A stretch of DNA of 63,969 nt, filler included, from Octopus bimaculoides (taxonomy: Eukaryota), in the NCBI RefSeq assembly GCF_001194135.2. It is 9 parts of 8 records of this genome, joined end to end, with 100 filler letters (N's around TTAATTAATTAA, not from the genome) between each part and the next. Parts side by side here need not be neighbours in the genome. Positions count along the whole stretch, not along the records: positions 7,902 to 18,744 come from NC_068981.1; positions 18,845 to 21,612 come from NC_068994.1; positions 21,713 to 24,306 come from NC_069005.1; 6 more parts are not named here. One strand, written 5' to 3'. Positions 11,085 through 24,406 of the stretch are shown piece by piece (position 1 is the stretch's first letter; each line of letters opens with the position of its first letter). Both the position numbers and the translations under genes were made by a program. Below the pieces are notes generated by a model. It saw nothing but the letters and a program-made list of their open reading frames with translations. It did not search any database and was not told the DNA's origin.

Positions 11085-11269
11085 TCAGGGTCTTGGGCGG
11101 AGACTTGGAAGAAGGCTCCTCGCTTCATTCTCCAGTAAGTCGGTTCCCAAATGATGTCTTAGTTGGCTGGCAATTCTGAGTGCCTGAGACAGTGTCCGAC
11201 AAGCAGTAGCTCTCTTATAGTTGTATTCTTTGCAACTGAGGGGTTTCTGCTGACAACTATTTAATTCAT
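11085..11269 (-). CDS. Possible terminal coding exon of an unidentified gene
   Basis: Unique, relatively GC-rich stretch with one open frame: DELNSCQQKPLSCKEYNYKRATACRTLSQALRIASQLRHHLGTDLLENEARSLLPSLRPRP*. Several candidate AG acceptors upstream. Protein not recognised. Confidence 0.25.
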
Positions 11270-11539
11270 CTATCGCGTAAGTTACAGGGGCAAAGCTAAC
11301 TCTAATGAAATTTGAACTGATTGAAAGGAAATACATTAAAAAAATGATGAAATCTAATGTAGACACAGACATATATTTTTTGCGAAAGTATATAATCAGT
11401 TCGGTCGAACGCCATATGTTTTTATCCACTTTTAAAACTTTCGGCAAATTTTATCTTGATAGGATTTGAACGAAAACTAACATGGACATAGTTTGATGGA
11501 GAGAATATAATGGATTATATCTTCCCTAATATTTAAATA

Positions 11540-12062
11540 CTACTTATTTTTATCGACATCTAAAGAAAGAAAGACACAGTCGACCTCGGCAGGATTTGAA
11601 AATTAAACGAAAAGAAACGTTATCAAATATTGATTTCAAATTCTGGCACAAGGCCAGCAATTTTGGGGACAGGGGCCTAAGTCAATTACATCGACCCCAA
11701 TGTTCGACTGGTATTCATTTTATCGATCTCAAAAGGATAAAAGACAAAGTTGACCCCGGCAGAATTTGAACTGTGAACGTAAAGACAGATGAAATGCTGC
11801 TAAGCAATTTGCCTGGCGTGCCACCTCGCGCCTTGCGCACAGCTAAATGTTGGTTTCAAAATTTGCTCCAAGGCCAACAATTTCGGGAGAGGGACTTAAT
11901 CGATTACGTCGACTCCAGTGCTCAACTGGCACTTATTTATCGACCCCGAAAGGATGAAATGCAAAGTGGACCTCGTAGGAACTGGAACTCGGAGTGTAAG
12001 GACGGACGAAATATCGCCAAGCATTTTGTCCGCGTGCTAACGATTCTGCCAGCTCGCGGCCT
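11540..12062 (-). mobile_element. Cluster of second-family tRNA-derived SINEs (Meta/MESC-like central domain)
   Basis: Reverse complement of GGCGAGCTGGCAGAATCGTTAGC...GAGTTCAAATTC...GGTCGACTTTGCCTTTCATCCTTTCGGGGTCGATAAA..AGTACCAG in 2-3 overlapping copies. The domain name is recalled, not verified. Confidence 0.75.
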
Positions 12063-12264
12063 TAGCAGAACTAAATATGGCAAACCATTTCATCACTGTT
12101 TCTACCATCTAGCGCCTTTTAAGCTAAGAAAATAAATCTTATATTTCTTTTAGCAGGCGTCACTAATGCCTTGGGGAAAATATACGAAATTACTTCCTGT
12201 TTTTTTTTTTTTAAAGATGTCTAATTAGTAAATATGAGTAATTGTATCTAGTGTACATATATAA

Positions 12265-12790
12265 CACTGGTTTACAGAGAAATTGAGACAAACGTGAAAA
12301 TAGTTGCTCTAGCCTAATTTTGGAGTGCTGATTTCAGATACAAAACCACTTTTCATTCATCACCTAAGATTTTGAGATATACATTATTATGAGATTTCGA
12401 CAATTCACGTAACTATATATATAATCAATTTTTATTTTATCTTTTACATTTTTGTGATACGTATGATACATATCGCTACAATAGCTTCAGGCATTTCAAA
12501 ACACCGAGAATGCATCAACAAGACAAATTCTTTCTGCTACGTGTGTAGGGATTTCACGACAGTTGCACAGTGCCGAACAATTGCTTCCCTCTTAAGAACT
12601 GCTTACTTTCATTATTTTAACTGTAAAATTGGAGATCAGGACAAATCCACTCAGATGAACTCCCTGTCCCTACACCCCTAGCAAATAAGGATTTTCTTCT
12701 TTCATCAGATGAAGAAATGCCTTCGGAGGAAGATTCTGCCAAGTCGACTTCTTTTGAAGACAATGTCTCTTTTTATTCAGAAAATCTCCA
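12265..12790 (+). mobile_element. Chapaev3-like (CMC) DNA transposon 5' fragment
   Basis: Starts TAA|CACTG (TWA target, CACTG terminus), with a subterminal GTGCTGATTTCA block. Encodes RECINKTNSFCYVCRDF...AYFHYFNCKIGDQDKS and HSDELPVPTP, typical of this family's N-terminal zinc-binding region. Internally deleted. Confidence 0.65.
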
Positions 12791-13663
12791 CATGTTGCTT
12801 TCTCCTGTTCTGCATGTATACATATATACATATCGTGTATTTCATACTCAAACTATTATATTTAATGTATTTAATGTATCTAATTTGTTTATCTGCATAA
12901 TTGCCTCTATATCCGCTAAATTTTATCCCTCTTATAACCATTCTTTACCTTCTGGAATCGATTTCCTATAAAGACATCGAAGACTAAGTTTGAATCTTTT
13001 GAGCACTAGTAAGTGTCTTCTATGCTGCGAATTTCTGGTTGTCATCTGTGGACTATACATATGAACTTGTGCGTGTCTTTGTGTCTGTTTTTGTCCCCCA
13101 CAAACATTTGACAACAGGTGATTTTGTGTTTATGTCCTCGTAACATAGCGGTTCGAAAATAGACAGACAGAATAAATACTAGGCTTTAAAAAATTACCGT
13201 AAGTAAATTCGTTCGACTCACAAACTCTTCAAAGCGGTACCCCTGTAAGGCCGCATTCGATTGACTGAAGCAAGAAAAAGATTATATGTGTATGTGTGTG
13301 TGTGTGTGTGTGATAATATCGTCACTACAGCAACGATGTATCAGATGTAACCAGAAGCATTATTAAAAATTTGAGGCAATATAACTCACGTGATATCTTC
13401 TTTGCAAGTCAGATGTACACTAGAATCAGATAGAAACCGCTTTTTAAAGACTTTTTTCCTTCGAGTACGTAACGTTTCATTCACTAACACTTCTGCGCTC
13501 TAATTTCTTCCTGGGCACAACAACTGCAACATAAAAAGTAATGTTGATCTAGGTAGTCCTCTTTATGTCTACAAAACTAAAATATCTCTAATATCATATT
13601 AGCTCTGAAGATATGGCAAAACACCACTAGAACAGCATCCACATCACTTACCAAAATAATAAT

Positions 13664-13694
<31 letters not shown>

Positions 13695-14745
13695 NNNNNN
13701 NNNNNNNNNNNNNNNNNNNNNNNNNNNNNNNNNNNNNNNNNNNNNNNNNNNNNNNNNNNNNNNNNNNNNNNNNNNNNNNNNNNNNNNNNNNNNNNNNNNN
13801 NNNNNNNNNNNNNNNNNNNNNNNNNNNNNNNNNNNNNNNNNNNNNNNNNNNNNNNNNNNNNNNNNNNNNNNNNNNNNNNNNNNNNNNNNNNNNNNNNNNN
13901 NNNNNNNNNNNNNNNNNNNNNNNNNNNNNNNNNNNNNNNNNNNNNNNNNNNNNNNNNNNNNNNNNNNNNNNNNNNNNNNNNNNNNNNNNNNNNNNNNNNN
14001 NNNNNNNNNNNNNNNNNNNNNNNNNNNNNNNNNNNNNNNNNNNNNNNNNNNNNNNNNNNNNNNNNNNNNNNNNNNNNNNNNNNNNNNNNNNNNNNNNNNN
14101 NNNNNNNNNNNNNNNNNNNNNNNNNNNNNNNNNNNNNNNNNNNNNNNNNNNNNNNNNNNNNNNNNNNNNNNNNNNNNNNNNNNNNNNNNNNNNNNNNNNN
14201 NNNNNNNNNNNNNNNNNNNNNNNNNNNNNNNNNNNNNNNNNNNNNNNNNNNNNNNNNNNNNNNNNNNNNNNNNNNNAGTTTACTACCATTTCATTATTTC
14301 TCTATATTATAGACACCATGTTACACAGTTTAACTACTCTAAAGAAACACATCGTATAACACCTAGCACCATCATCTGAAAAGCCTGTTGATAGTATCAT
14401 TATTATTATTATTCATGACGCGTAATCACGGAGATGTGAGTTCGGGTCCCACAGCTAACCACCCACACTTTTTTCTGCAAAATAGGGGTAGTTTATCCTG
14501 TTCAGGCTATACTATTAGCATTTTTCTGCGGTTGAGAATTTAAAATCACTTCTTTAACTTTCTAAGACATCTCAACGCTTCTAAAAGCAAACTTCGTTTG
14601 TTTGTTTTCGTTTGTCGTAATTTGAATTATTATTATTATTATTATTATTATTATTGTCGTCGCTCTTGTTGTTGTTGTTTTTGTTGCTACTACAGATGCT
14701 GCTGTTGTTGTTGTTGCTGCTATTGTTATTGTTGTTGTTGTTAGT

Positions 14746-14945
14746 AAGGCGGCGAGCTGGCAGAATCGTTAGCACACCGTAAGCGACGTTTTGTGCGTCT
14801 TTATGTTCTGAGTTCAAATTCAACCGAAGTAGATTTTGCTTTCATCCTCTTCAGGTCGATGAAATAACAGCCATTCAAGTACTGGGGGTGGGGGTGTCTA
14901 TGTAATCTACTAAGACCACATCCCAACATTTTAGGCCTTGTGCAT
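14746..14945 (+). mobile_element. Second-family tRNA-derived SINE
   Basis: AAGGCGGCGAGCTGGCAGAATCGTTAGC head, GAGTTCAAATT B-box-like motif, TTTGCTTTCATCC domain. Preceded by (ATT/GTT)n. Confidence 0.75.
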
Positions 14946-15077
14946 ATGGATGATTTTGATTATGCTACGTAACCGAGTTCGACTCTGTCCACCGTTTGAG
15001 TCAACAGTTTCGTGCCTGGTGTCCGTGGTAAGTGAACGTCGAGAACATAATGGAATTGAACTCAAAATATACTCTTT

Positions 15078-15452
15078 TACTCTTTTACTTGTTTCAGTCA
15101 TTTGAGCAGATCAACCCCAGGACTTATTCTTTGCAAGCCTAGTACTTATTCTATCGGTCTCTTTTGCCGAACCGCTAGATTACGGGGACGTAAACACACC
15201 AGCATCACTTGTCAAGCGATGTTGGGGGGACAAACATAGACACACAAACACATACACACATATATATATATATATATACATACATATACATATACATATA
15301 TACGACGGGCTTCTTTCAGTTTCCATCTACCAAATCCACTCACAAGGCTTTCGTCGGCCCGAGGAATTTAGTAGAAGTGCCACGCAGTCGGAATGAACCC
15401 GGAACCATGTGGTTGGTAAGCAAGCTACTTACCACACAACCACTCCTGCGCC
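15078..15452 (-). mobile_element. Near full-length tRNA-derived SINE
   Basis: Matches the copy at 39626-40051 from tail to head (…CCACTCCTGCGCCT). Confidence 0.85.
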
Positions 15453-16167
15453 TAACTTTTTCTGTTCAATTCTGTTATCTTAACCAACGTTAAGTCTATT
15501 CTGTATTAATAACATGGAAGATAATGAAAACAATGAGTTTCTTCTTTCGAATAAATATAATTGTTGTTGCTGTTGTTTACCCCCAGACTAGCAGACCTAT
15601 TGTCAAATAAACCTGCCATCAAATTACTACCATCCGTGACCATCCCTTTCTTTTTCATGTAAAAGTTACCTAGGACCACATTATCCGAGATACCCTTTTC
15701 GTGATGGTAGAGTGTGATTTGGGAGGATTTTGGTTGCTATTTGTAGCAAATAAGGCGACATGTAGTGACTCCATTGTTAGTTCTAATACCACAGTCTTTG
15801 GACTACCAATTAACTGGTTTCTTTTAAACGGTAAAATAAAAGATGTGAACCAATGTACATTACTTTTAGATAAAATACGCTACTATACTTAATATGCTTA
15901 ATAACGTGAGCCATCAGAAATATTTGATGAAAGGATTCAAAATTATTTTCCAGATCTTAGTCTTAATTGTAGTAGCCTGCACTTAGTTATGTATTGTTCA
16001 TCAAGAGAGCAGCGTTGGGATAATTACCAGTGCAGTTGTATTACTTTCATAGCGGTAGCAATACAGAGAAAAAAAATCTAGAAAAATATAAATATATAGA
16101 GAAGTTGGTTACGGTTAGAACATCTTTGAATATAAGTCTGTATAAACAAGCATCCACAACAAAAGAC

Positions 16168-16450
16168 CATCATCATCATCATCATCATCATCATCTACAA
16201 GCTCTGGACCGTTCTATCTTAATTCCTAGGTCGGCTGCTCGTTTCTTTGGCGTATATGTGATCAAGGTCACAACACCGTTCTTGATCGGAACGTCAGTCC
16301 GTCGCAAGACTAGCCATTCACAGTCGAGTGGACTGGAGCAACGTGAAGTGAACTGTTTTGTTCAAGAGCACATGGCGCCACCCGACCTTGAACCTAACCA
16401 CAATTTTGCGATCGTTACTGCAACACCCTAACCAGTAAGCCACGTGCCTT
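16168..16450 (-). mobile_element. tRNA-derived SINE with CORE-like block and (GAT)n tail
   Basis: The minus strand reads GGCACGTGGCTTACTGGTTAGGGTGTTG...GTGCTCTTGAACAAAACAGTTCACTT... and ends in a GAT repeat. Confidence 0.65.
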
Positions 16451-16735
16451 CACAAGAGCAGAAATAAGTCATAAGATAAAAATTACGTGACCGACATATT
16501 GTTGGTGGCAAACTGAAAGTTAGTTTTCCATTATTTAATTGCTTTTTCATTAACCCAATAATAGCGGCTAAGTGGTTTAGACGGTGTATTAAATAAGCTC
16601 AACGCGAGGAGACTAAACTAATTGAAGAAAATGGCAGACGGGATTCTGACCCAGTTTCATTTTTGAGACTCTAGCATTCGCCTCAAATCTACATCACTAA
16701 GTGTGTGCATGCGTGCGCGTGTGTGTATAGATGTA

Positions 16736-17428
16736 TAGTGTCCTAAAAAAAAAAAATGCATACAAACTTCGAGAAAAGAAAAACGTGTAGAAAAACTTTA
16801 ATACTAAATTCATTCAGGTATCCCGGAATTAATACAAGTTGCCATTAACCTCTCCAGTTACATGAGTTGCTCAAATTGGGGGGTCATTAGCTTCCAGACA
16901 CTTATTAGCACGGTGAACTGTTGCATGGGCAATATTGGCTGAAGTGTTGCTGCATATGCCGTTTCAATGTCTTCCTCAAGGGCTGTTAGTATAGCCGGTT
17001 TTCTACGATACACTACGTTTTTTGGGGTACCCTATAAGTAAAAGTTTGCAGGTGTTAGATTAGGAGTTCGTGCAGGAATTTCAACTGCACCTCTTCGTCC
17101 TATCCAGTTTCACTGCAAATTCTCATTCAGGTAAGCTCGCATGTCTCGGTTGTAGTGTGTCGGTACGCCGCCTTGCAGAAGGAATAATTCATTTACACCA
17201 TAAATTGCATGTATGGCAGGTAAAATGTACGTGCGTAGCATGTTCAGGTCCGCTTGACAAATAACAACACCTTCAAGGAAAAATGGTCTTATTAAACCTC
17301 CTGATGACATTCCATATCAGTCATTGACACCCGGTAAAAGCAAAGATTTTCTGGTGCCAAGTAGACATAATTATGTCGGTTCACTGTTCCATTTAGCTTA
17401 AATTGTGCTTCATCAGACCACACAATCA
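16736..17428 (-). mobile_element. Tc1/mariner DD41D (rosa/Visitor-like) transposase 3' fragment with terminal repeat
   Basis: IVWSDEAQFKLNGTVNRHN...GGLIRPFFLEG...LQ[G]GVPTHY...WIGRRGAVEIPARTPNLTPA[N]FYL. There are 41 residues between the decayed second and third catalytic Asp positions. TA-terminal TIR-like end at 16734-16765. Confidence 0.8.
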
Positions 17429-17674
17429 TCCTCACACACTCTTCATCCCTGCCTACCATGTGTTGAAACTACTCACAAAACTCGATTCTTCGATCATGAT
17501 CTTTATCGCTAATTGCATGTAAGAATCTTCGGATGTATATATATATATATATAGATATAGATATATAAAAGTGCACACACAAACATATGCATATAGATAC
17601 ACATATGGAACTTCTGAACCAGAGCTTCACAACCATATGTACTTTAAAGTAATGTCAAAGACATATAAGTCTAT

Positions 17675-17935
17675 CTATCTATACCTACCTACTTACCTAC
17701 CTACCTACCTACCTACCTACCTACCTACCTACCTACCTACCTACCTACCTACCTACTAACCTACCTACCTACCTACCTACCTACCTACCTACCTACCNNN
17801 NNNNNNNACCTACCTACCTACCTACCTACCTACCTACCTACCTACCTACCAGCCTGCCTCCCTCCTTCCTGCCTGCCTACCTGCCTACCTGCCTGCCTAC
17901 CTACCTACCTACCTACCTACCTACCTACCTACCTA
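17675..17935. repeat. (CCTA)n / (CCTG)n tetranucleotide microsatellite
   Basis: Direct inspection. Confidence 0.95.
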
Positions 17936-18694
17936 TCAATCTATGTATTTGTCTGTCTATCTATCTTTGTATACACATGCAGAGACTTAAATATATACTT
18001 ATATATACACGTATATAAACACACGCATATGAGCTTCCACATAGTTTCCATCATCCAAATCCAGCTTACAAATATTAATCAAAGTTTAATTCAAATCCAT
18101 GGTATACAAGTTATTTCCAAAGTGCCGAGCAGTTAGGGATTGTATACCGATGCACTTATGGGTGCAGTATGCATCTTAGCTACACAACCGTACCTGCACC
18201 GATTCGGCTCAAAAATGTAATGACTAACTTAACTGAAATATGTGTTTCGGCAAAATTAAACTAGTATAAAATATACATAATGTTGAGGTTATAACTCTAT
18301 CGATTCTAAAACTTGGTGTCAATGTATTACATCAGTAGTAGTGCAGTAATATGACTCACCAATATGAAGAACAACCACTCAGAACAAAAGGTAGTATTAA
18401 TAATTTCAGTAACATCAGTGATTATGTACAATCACCAAAGCAACAATCCTCACGTATAAGGACTGGTCAGAATTAACGAAATACTGCAACTGGGCAATTT
18501 CCGCCAAGAAATACCAGAGAAACTATCGACATCTGGCTACGTCTCGGCAAATTCCCTACTCGAGTAGATAATTATGTCCTAAAGCATACCTTAAAAGGGT
18601 ATTTGAGGTGGTGCTATCAAGTTAGACATTCCTTGGACCAGTGATGACTAAAACCTTCTCAATTGCCTTAGCTAAGTTAAACAGATGTATATAT

Positions 18695-18744
<50 letters not shown>

Positions 18745-18919
18745 NNNNNNNNNNNNNNNNNNNNNNNNNNNNNNNNNNNNNNNNNNNNTTAATTAATTAA
18801 NNNNNNNNNNNNNNNNNNNNNNNNNNNNNNNNNNNNNNNNNNNNGTCTTCTATTGTATCCTCGGGCCGACCAAAGATTTGTAAGTGGATTCGGTGGACGG
18901 AAAATGAAAAAAGTCTATC

Positions 18920-18955
<36 letters not shown>

Positions 18956-19029
18956 AAATAATAAATGAGTATATGCATATATACGTACAGGTATGTGCAT
19001 ACCTACGTCTACCTGTATACATGGGTGCA

Positions 19030-19185
19030 TATCTGGGTACAGGACATTGCAAACAAAACGTAGACAAGAAAATAATAATAACCAGAGTACAGAAAACACA
19101 CAAGCCACATAGAGAACATTTTCCTTCATCAGCTACCCCCGTTTTAACACCGGCGTTTCGAAGAGTTATGTACAGCAAGAAATAG
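19030..19185 (-). mobile_element. Penelope-related terminal fragment carrying hammerhead-like half motifs
   Basis: Ends in GTCCTGTACCCA like 4255-4677 and 63246-63540. The minus strand has CTTC-GAAA-CGCCGGTGT...CTGATGA-AGG. Confidence 0.45.
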
Positions 19186-19796
19186 TAATTGTCACTTTTA
19201 TAGAAACAAAAGTGTTTATATGACTGCAAAAGAAGTGCTCAAATATAAATGAGACGAAGATAAAGAAATGGCCATTGATGTGTGTATTTGACCTGTAGAA
19301 GTCTGTTTATTTGTGAACTTTTGGAAGTAATTGTGTGAGGGTGAGTAAAAAGACTATTTTCAAATATGTTAAAGAATACCGTTAGGTATTTCGCGCGGGT
19401 GCTAACGTTTCTGCCAGCTCCCTGCGTTTGTCTTATCAATGAAAAATGTTTGATCAGGGTTTGTCCAGGTTTTGGGCGTCCTATGGCACGACCTAGGTGA
19501 GATTGTCCAGGTATAAAACAAGAACAATCACAAATACGATAGCCATAAAAGCTGAGTTAAGTTTTTGCTTCCAGTACTACTAAAAGGATTCAAGGTAATT
19601 TTTCGTTTAATTGGCCCTTCGGAAAGTCTCGCGGGCCACAGATGTAATTAAAGTGTTGATGACACAAAAATTGGTTTAGGTGTATTTATTGTGAAAAATC
19701 CTAAGTTTCTTTCTCAAACATTCTACACAGGTCAACATGATTCCAGTCACTGAAATATGCTCTCTCAGAGAGTTTTATTGCAAACCTACACAAGTT

Positions 19797-19956
19797 ACAG
19801 GAATGGCTATGTGGTAAGTAGCTTGCTTACCAATCACAGGGTTCCGGGTTCAGTTCCACTGCGTGACACTTTGCGCAAGCGTCTTTTACAATAGCCTCGG
19901 GCCCTTCAAAGCCCTGTGAGTGGATTTGGTAGATGGAAACTGAAAAAAGCCCGTCG

Positions 19957-19993
<37 letters not shown>

Positions 19994-20085
19994 TTGTGTG
20001 TCTGTGTTTGTCCCCCAACATCGCTTGACAACAAATGCTAGAGTGTTTAGGTCCCTTAGCGGTTCGGCAAAAGGCACCAATAGAA
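19797..20085 (+). mobile_element. tRNA-derived SINE
   Basis: GGAATGGCTATGTGGTAAG head, GGTTCAGTTCC B-box-like motif, GTGAGTGGATTTGGTAGATGGAAACTG body. Confidence 0.8.
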
Positions 20086-20195
20086 TACAATTAAATTATA
20101 TTTTGTTTTACGAAATTAGGCCGCGTGTCGGATTAATTAGCGCCACCGGCTCGATAAAACCTGCGAGTAATATATTTAATAGTCTAGAGTTAGAT

Positions 20196-20341
20196 CAGTC
20201 ATGAGCAAACTGCGACCCGCGGAACTTTCTGAATGGCATAATAAGCGAAAAATTACCTTGTATCGTTATAGCAGTGCGGCCCGCCTGATGATGATGCAGA
20301 TCTTATGAGGCCCGCTGTTTGAAAAAAGCTGCCAATGGCAG
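20196..20341. mobile_element. Short degenerate hAT-type MITE
   Basis: CAGTCATGAGCAAACT left end, decayed right end, GCGGCCCGC subterminal motifs, and imperfect 8-bp flanks AGTTAGAT/ACTTAGTT. Confidence 0.45.
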
Positions 20342-21924
20342 ACTTAGTTGCTCATCGCCGCTTTTGGTCAGCTCAAATTTGGTTCTTATTGAGCAAACAT
20401 TTAATCGACTCCGTCCCCTGCTGTCTTGGCAATATTTTATTCTCGCAAAGGTAACCTAGCAGATTATTATCTTCCATTATGTGTTTCTATATATAAAGAC
20501 TGTTGAACGTAATTTCAGAAGGATTTCACTATTATGTTTAGCAGATAACATGTCTACATTGTGCATCGATCGATCGTTTGTTGTCTCGTGACGTGTTAAT
20601 AATGTAGAGATGTGTTCTTCAAATGTTTCAATTTTTGTCATATTCTGCTGGGGATTATCTGACATAAAGTAACACAAGAACAGTTAATCTACTGAAACTA
20701 AAATAAATAAGGCAATAAAACAATAATAAAATAAATTAATGAAGATAACAAGATCTCAAAGAAAGTTAGTTCCGTAGAAAAATTGCTCGTATGTCGTGCG
20801 GAGAAGATAATATGGAAGTTTTTGGACTGACGCGGAGAGGGAGGAAGAAGAGAGGGAAACAAATGTTTTTTTTTTTGTTCTGAGAGATGAAGATTCAAGC
20901 TCAAAGCGGCAATTTCGTTCGTCTTTACGTTCTAAGTTCAAATTCTGCCGAGGCTGACTTTGTCTGTCATCTTTCCACCGCTCGACAACAGGTGTTGGTG
21001 TATTTACGTCCCCGTAATCTAGCAGTTGGGCACAAAAGATTGATTGAACAAGTACCAGGCTTTACGGAAAAAACAAATACTTGGGATGATTCATTCGACT
21101 AAAAAATATTTCGAGGCGGATGCTTCAACAGGACCGCAATCCAATGACTGAAACAAACAAAAAATAGAAAAATATATTGTGTGAATGAGTACAACGACTG
21201 TTTACTTTTAAAATCATGTTTCTATTATGTGTGTTTCGGTTCGGGAACATAAGAGTTCTTTCGACACACATATACAGAAATATCAACAACTTAATATAAA
21301 AAAATGAACACGCTAAAATAACCATTACGGCTAAAATAATTCACTAAAAAGTCTTGCCACAGACCAGAATTCCAACAAAGATATCTTCAATATCTTTATA
21401 ATGTAGAATTATTTATGATGCCATTTTCTATATTTCGTTCTATTCCTGTTGCAAACATTTCCACCTTACCTGTACTGTTAACTCAATAACTGAGCTGATG
21501 TAGGTTTCTATAAGAAATGGTGCAGCTCTGTAGAAAACTGCATCATTGTTCGGCGGATAACTAATTCTTCACATGGAAGCAAGTTAACTATATAAAGATA
21601 TATATATATATANNNNNNNNNNNNNNNNNNNNNNNNNNNNNNNNNNNNNNNNNNNNTTAATTAATTAANNNNNNNNNNNNNNNNNNNNNNNNNNNNNNNN
21701 NNNNNNNNNNNNATATATATAGATATATAGATATGTATATACATGTGTATTCTTTTATTTTTTACATACACACACAAACGCGCGCACGCGCACACACAGA
21801 CGCGCTCGCACACACACACACACACACACACGCACACACGCCATTATGCATGTGTCTACATGTAAGTCGACTTCGGCAGGATTTGAAATTCGAACCGGAA
21901 CAAATATTGCGAGACATTTGCTCC

Positions 21925-22247
21925 AACATCGTGAGTTCGATTCCCGGCGGCAAGTTGTGTGTTTGAGCAAAACCCTTTATTTCACGCCACTTCAGTCCAC
22001 CCAGCTGGCAAAAATAAGTTGTAGCTGTAATTCAAAAGGGGCCAGCCACATCATATTCTGTGTCACCTTGAGAACTATGTTAAGGGTACAAATGTCTCTG
22101 AAAATCTCCTTGAGAACTATGTTAAGGGTACACATGTCTGTGGAGTACTCGGCCACTAATATGTTAATTTCCCGAGCAGGTTGTTCCGTTCATCGGATCA
22201 ACTTGAACACTCATCGTCGTAACCGACGGAGAGCCATTTATTCATAA
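21925..22247 (+). mobile_element. tRNA-derived SINE with internal 42-bp tandem duplication
   Basis: GAGTTCGATTCCC B-box. CCTTGAGAACTATGTTAAGGGTACA.ATGTCT occurs twice (22067-22140). Related to 61600-61990 (minus). Confidence 0.65.
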
Positions 22248-23064
22248 TTGCAATAGATACTTCAGCTTCAGTAAATCACACCGTATTAATTGCTAAGGCC
22301 ATTGGGGTCTGAAATCGTTCATTTTATTGGGCACAGAACTGCCCCTGTTCTAGCACCCAGATATCGTGTGTGAAATCTTTCAGGAGGGAACCTGTCACTT
22401 AATGACTTCAGAAAATAAGTACCAGTTATATGATCGGGAAGGAGTGATGCGAATTCATTTGGTTGCACCACGTTGTACCAATATTTCCCACTGATTTCAC
22501 GTAAAAAATTTTTATATTTATTTTGATGTTTTGGTTTTATTTTATTATTTTTTTAAAAATTTAGATATTCACCTCTTCCTCCTCTTTCCCGTTCTATTTC
22601 ACTTAGACATCACAATCAGCATCACCATCAGCAGCAGCAGCACCACCACCACCACCATCATCACTGTTATAAATACGATCGACTACCACTACGACGATAA
22701 ACCATTATCACCGCTGTCACCCCCCCCACTACTCCCCCCCATCATCATCATCATCAACGTCCCCACCCCGACCCCACTACCAGCAGCACAGCTACTGCTA
22801 TAATCACAAGAACCACAACTGCGACGACAAAGATGACGATCGCCATCAACATTATCATCGTCGTCATCATTGTCCCCGCTGCCACCACCACAACTACAAC
22901 TACAGCGATGACCACCACCACCACTATCATCCTCTTCCTTCTACCCCTCTTCATCGTCGTCATAAAGAGTAAGACCCAATGTATTGCAGCCCTTTCTTTT
23001 CGCTTCAAACTTAATGTCAAATTTCTTCAGAATCTTAATCTTTTTCTCCCTTTAAGCTTTTTTC

Positions 23065-23111
<47 letters not shown>

Positions 23112-23983
23112 TGCACCCCCCCTTTACTCCGAAATCGTTACTGTATGGAGACGGCAGCGCAGTATAACTTATGGGGGCGATTTTCCCCCTCATATTAGCA
23201 ACGGAAATTCTCTTGTGGAAGTATTAAATAATCCCTTTTGTCTATCCATCTCCCTCGGCTATTTTAGCCCCGAGTATAGAAACACAATCCATGGTTTAAG
23301 GGTCGTTAACGCCATTTGTCTCTATTATTAGTCGTCCCTCGTTGTCTTCTGGTTTCTTCGAACGTCAACGGAGCAATGATGGCGGACAAACTTATAAACA
23401 ACAACGACGTCTCAAACAGGTTTTTTGGGATGTCGGAAAATAGTTATTTTCCGAATTCATCTATCGTAAAATCTCGCCAAATCTGGTGGTTCGATGACGT
23501 TTGCACTGCCAACTTTAATTAATGATCGATGGTGATCATATTAAGCTGAGTACGGCTGAGAAATCTTCTCATGTTGAGCCGATGAGATAAACTGCGTTGA
23601 ACTCTTGCATCAATCTACGTAACATCAAATCGACTTGGTGACATCTTGTGAGAGGGTAAGCAGCGATTTGCCAATCAGTTGATCTCAGGAAACAACGATA
23701 CACGGACAGGTGACCCTTTAACTGGTCAACTAAGAATTCGCTGGACTTTCATCGTCCTGGTGATGCCATCGTTTTGCTTCTGAAGAGGAAAAAACAATTA
23801 AGATTTATTTATCAAATAGGTTCTCTCCATGGCTCCAAATATTAAAACAGAGACGGGCTTTGAGAGAAATGAAGTATGAATGGGAAATGAGACGAAGGAA
23901 AGGGACAAACCCGTGGCGGAAAGAAAATCTCTCCCATCGAAACCAGAACCTCCACAACCACCACCACCACCACTACAACAACA

Positions 23984-24053
<70 letters not shown>

Positions 24054-24406
24054 TTATCATCATTATTCTTAAATGCTTAGCGGTATTTCGTCCTCTTTAA
24101 CGACTTGAGTTCAAATTCCACCGAGGTCGACATTGCCTTTCATCCTTTCTGGGGGGTGGGTGGTAAAATAAGTACCAGTTGATTACTGGGGTCGTGTAAT
24201 CGAATGACTATCCCCTCAAATTCCAGGGGACAGTATAGTAGAAAAGGATCATTCCCACAGCTACTACCACCACCACTACAACCACCACCACCACCACCAC
24301 CACCACNNNNNNNNNNNNNNNNNNNNNNNNNNNNNNNNNNNNNNNNNNNNTTAATTAATTAANNNNNNNNNNNNNNNNNNNNNNNNNNNNNNNNNNNNNN
24401 NNNNNN

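Noticed and set aside
20477-20658. Minus-strand frame DNPQQNMTKIETFEEHISTLL...
   Set aside because: Plausible acceptor but no good donor and no recognised homology.
21470-21560. Minus-strand exon YPPNNDAVFYRAAPFLIETYISSVIELTVQ with CAG|GTAAGG donor
   Set aside because: The only in-frame acceptor lacks a pyrimidine tract, the better upstream acceptor leads to stops, and no protein was recognised. Not supportable without RNA data.
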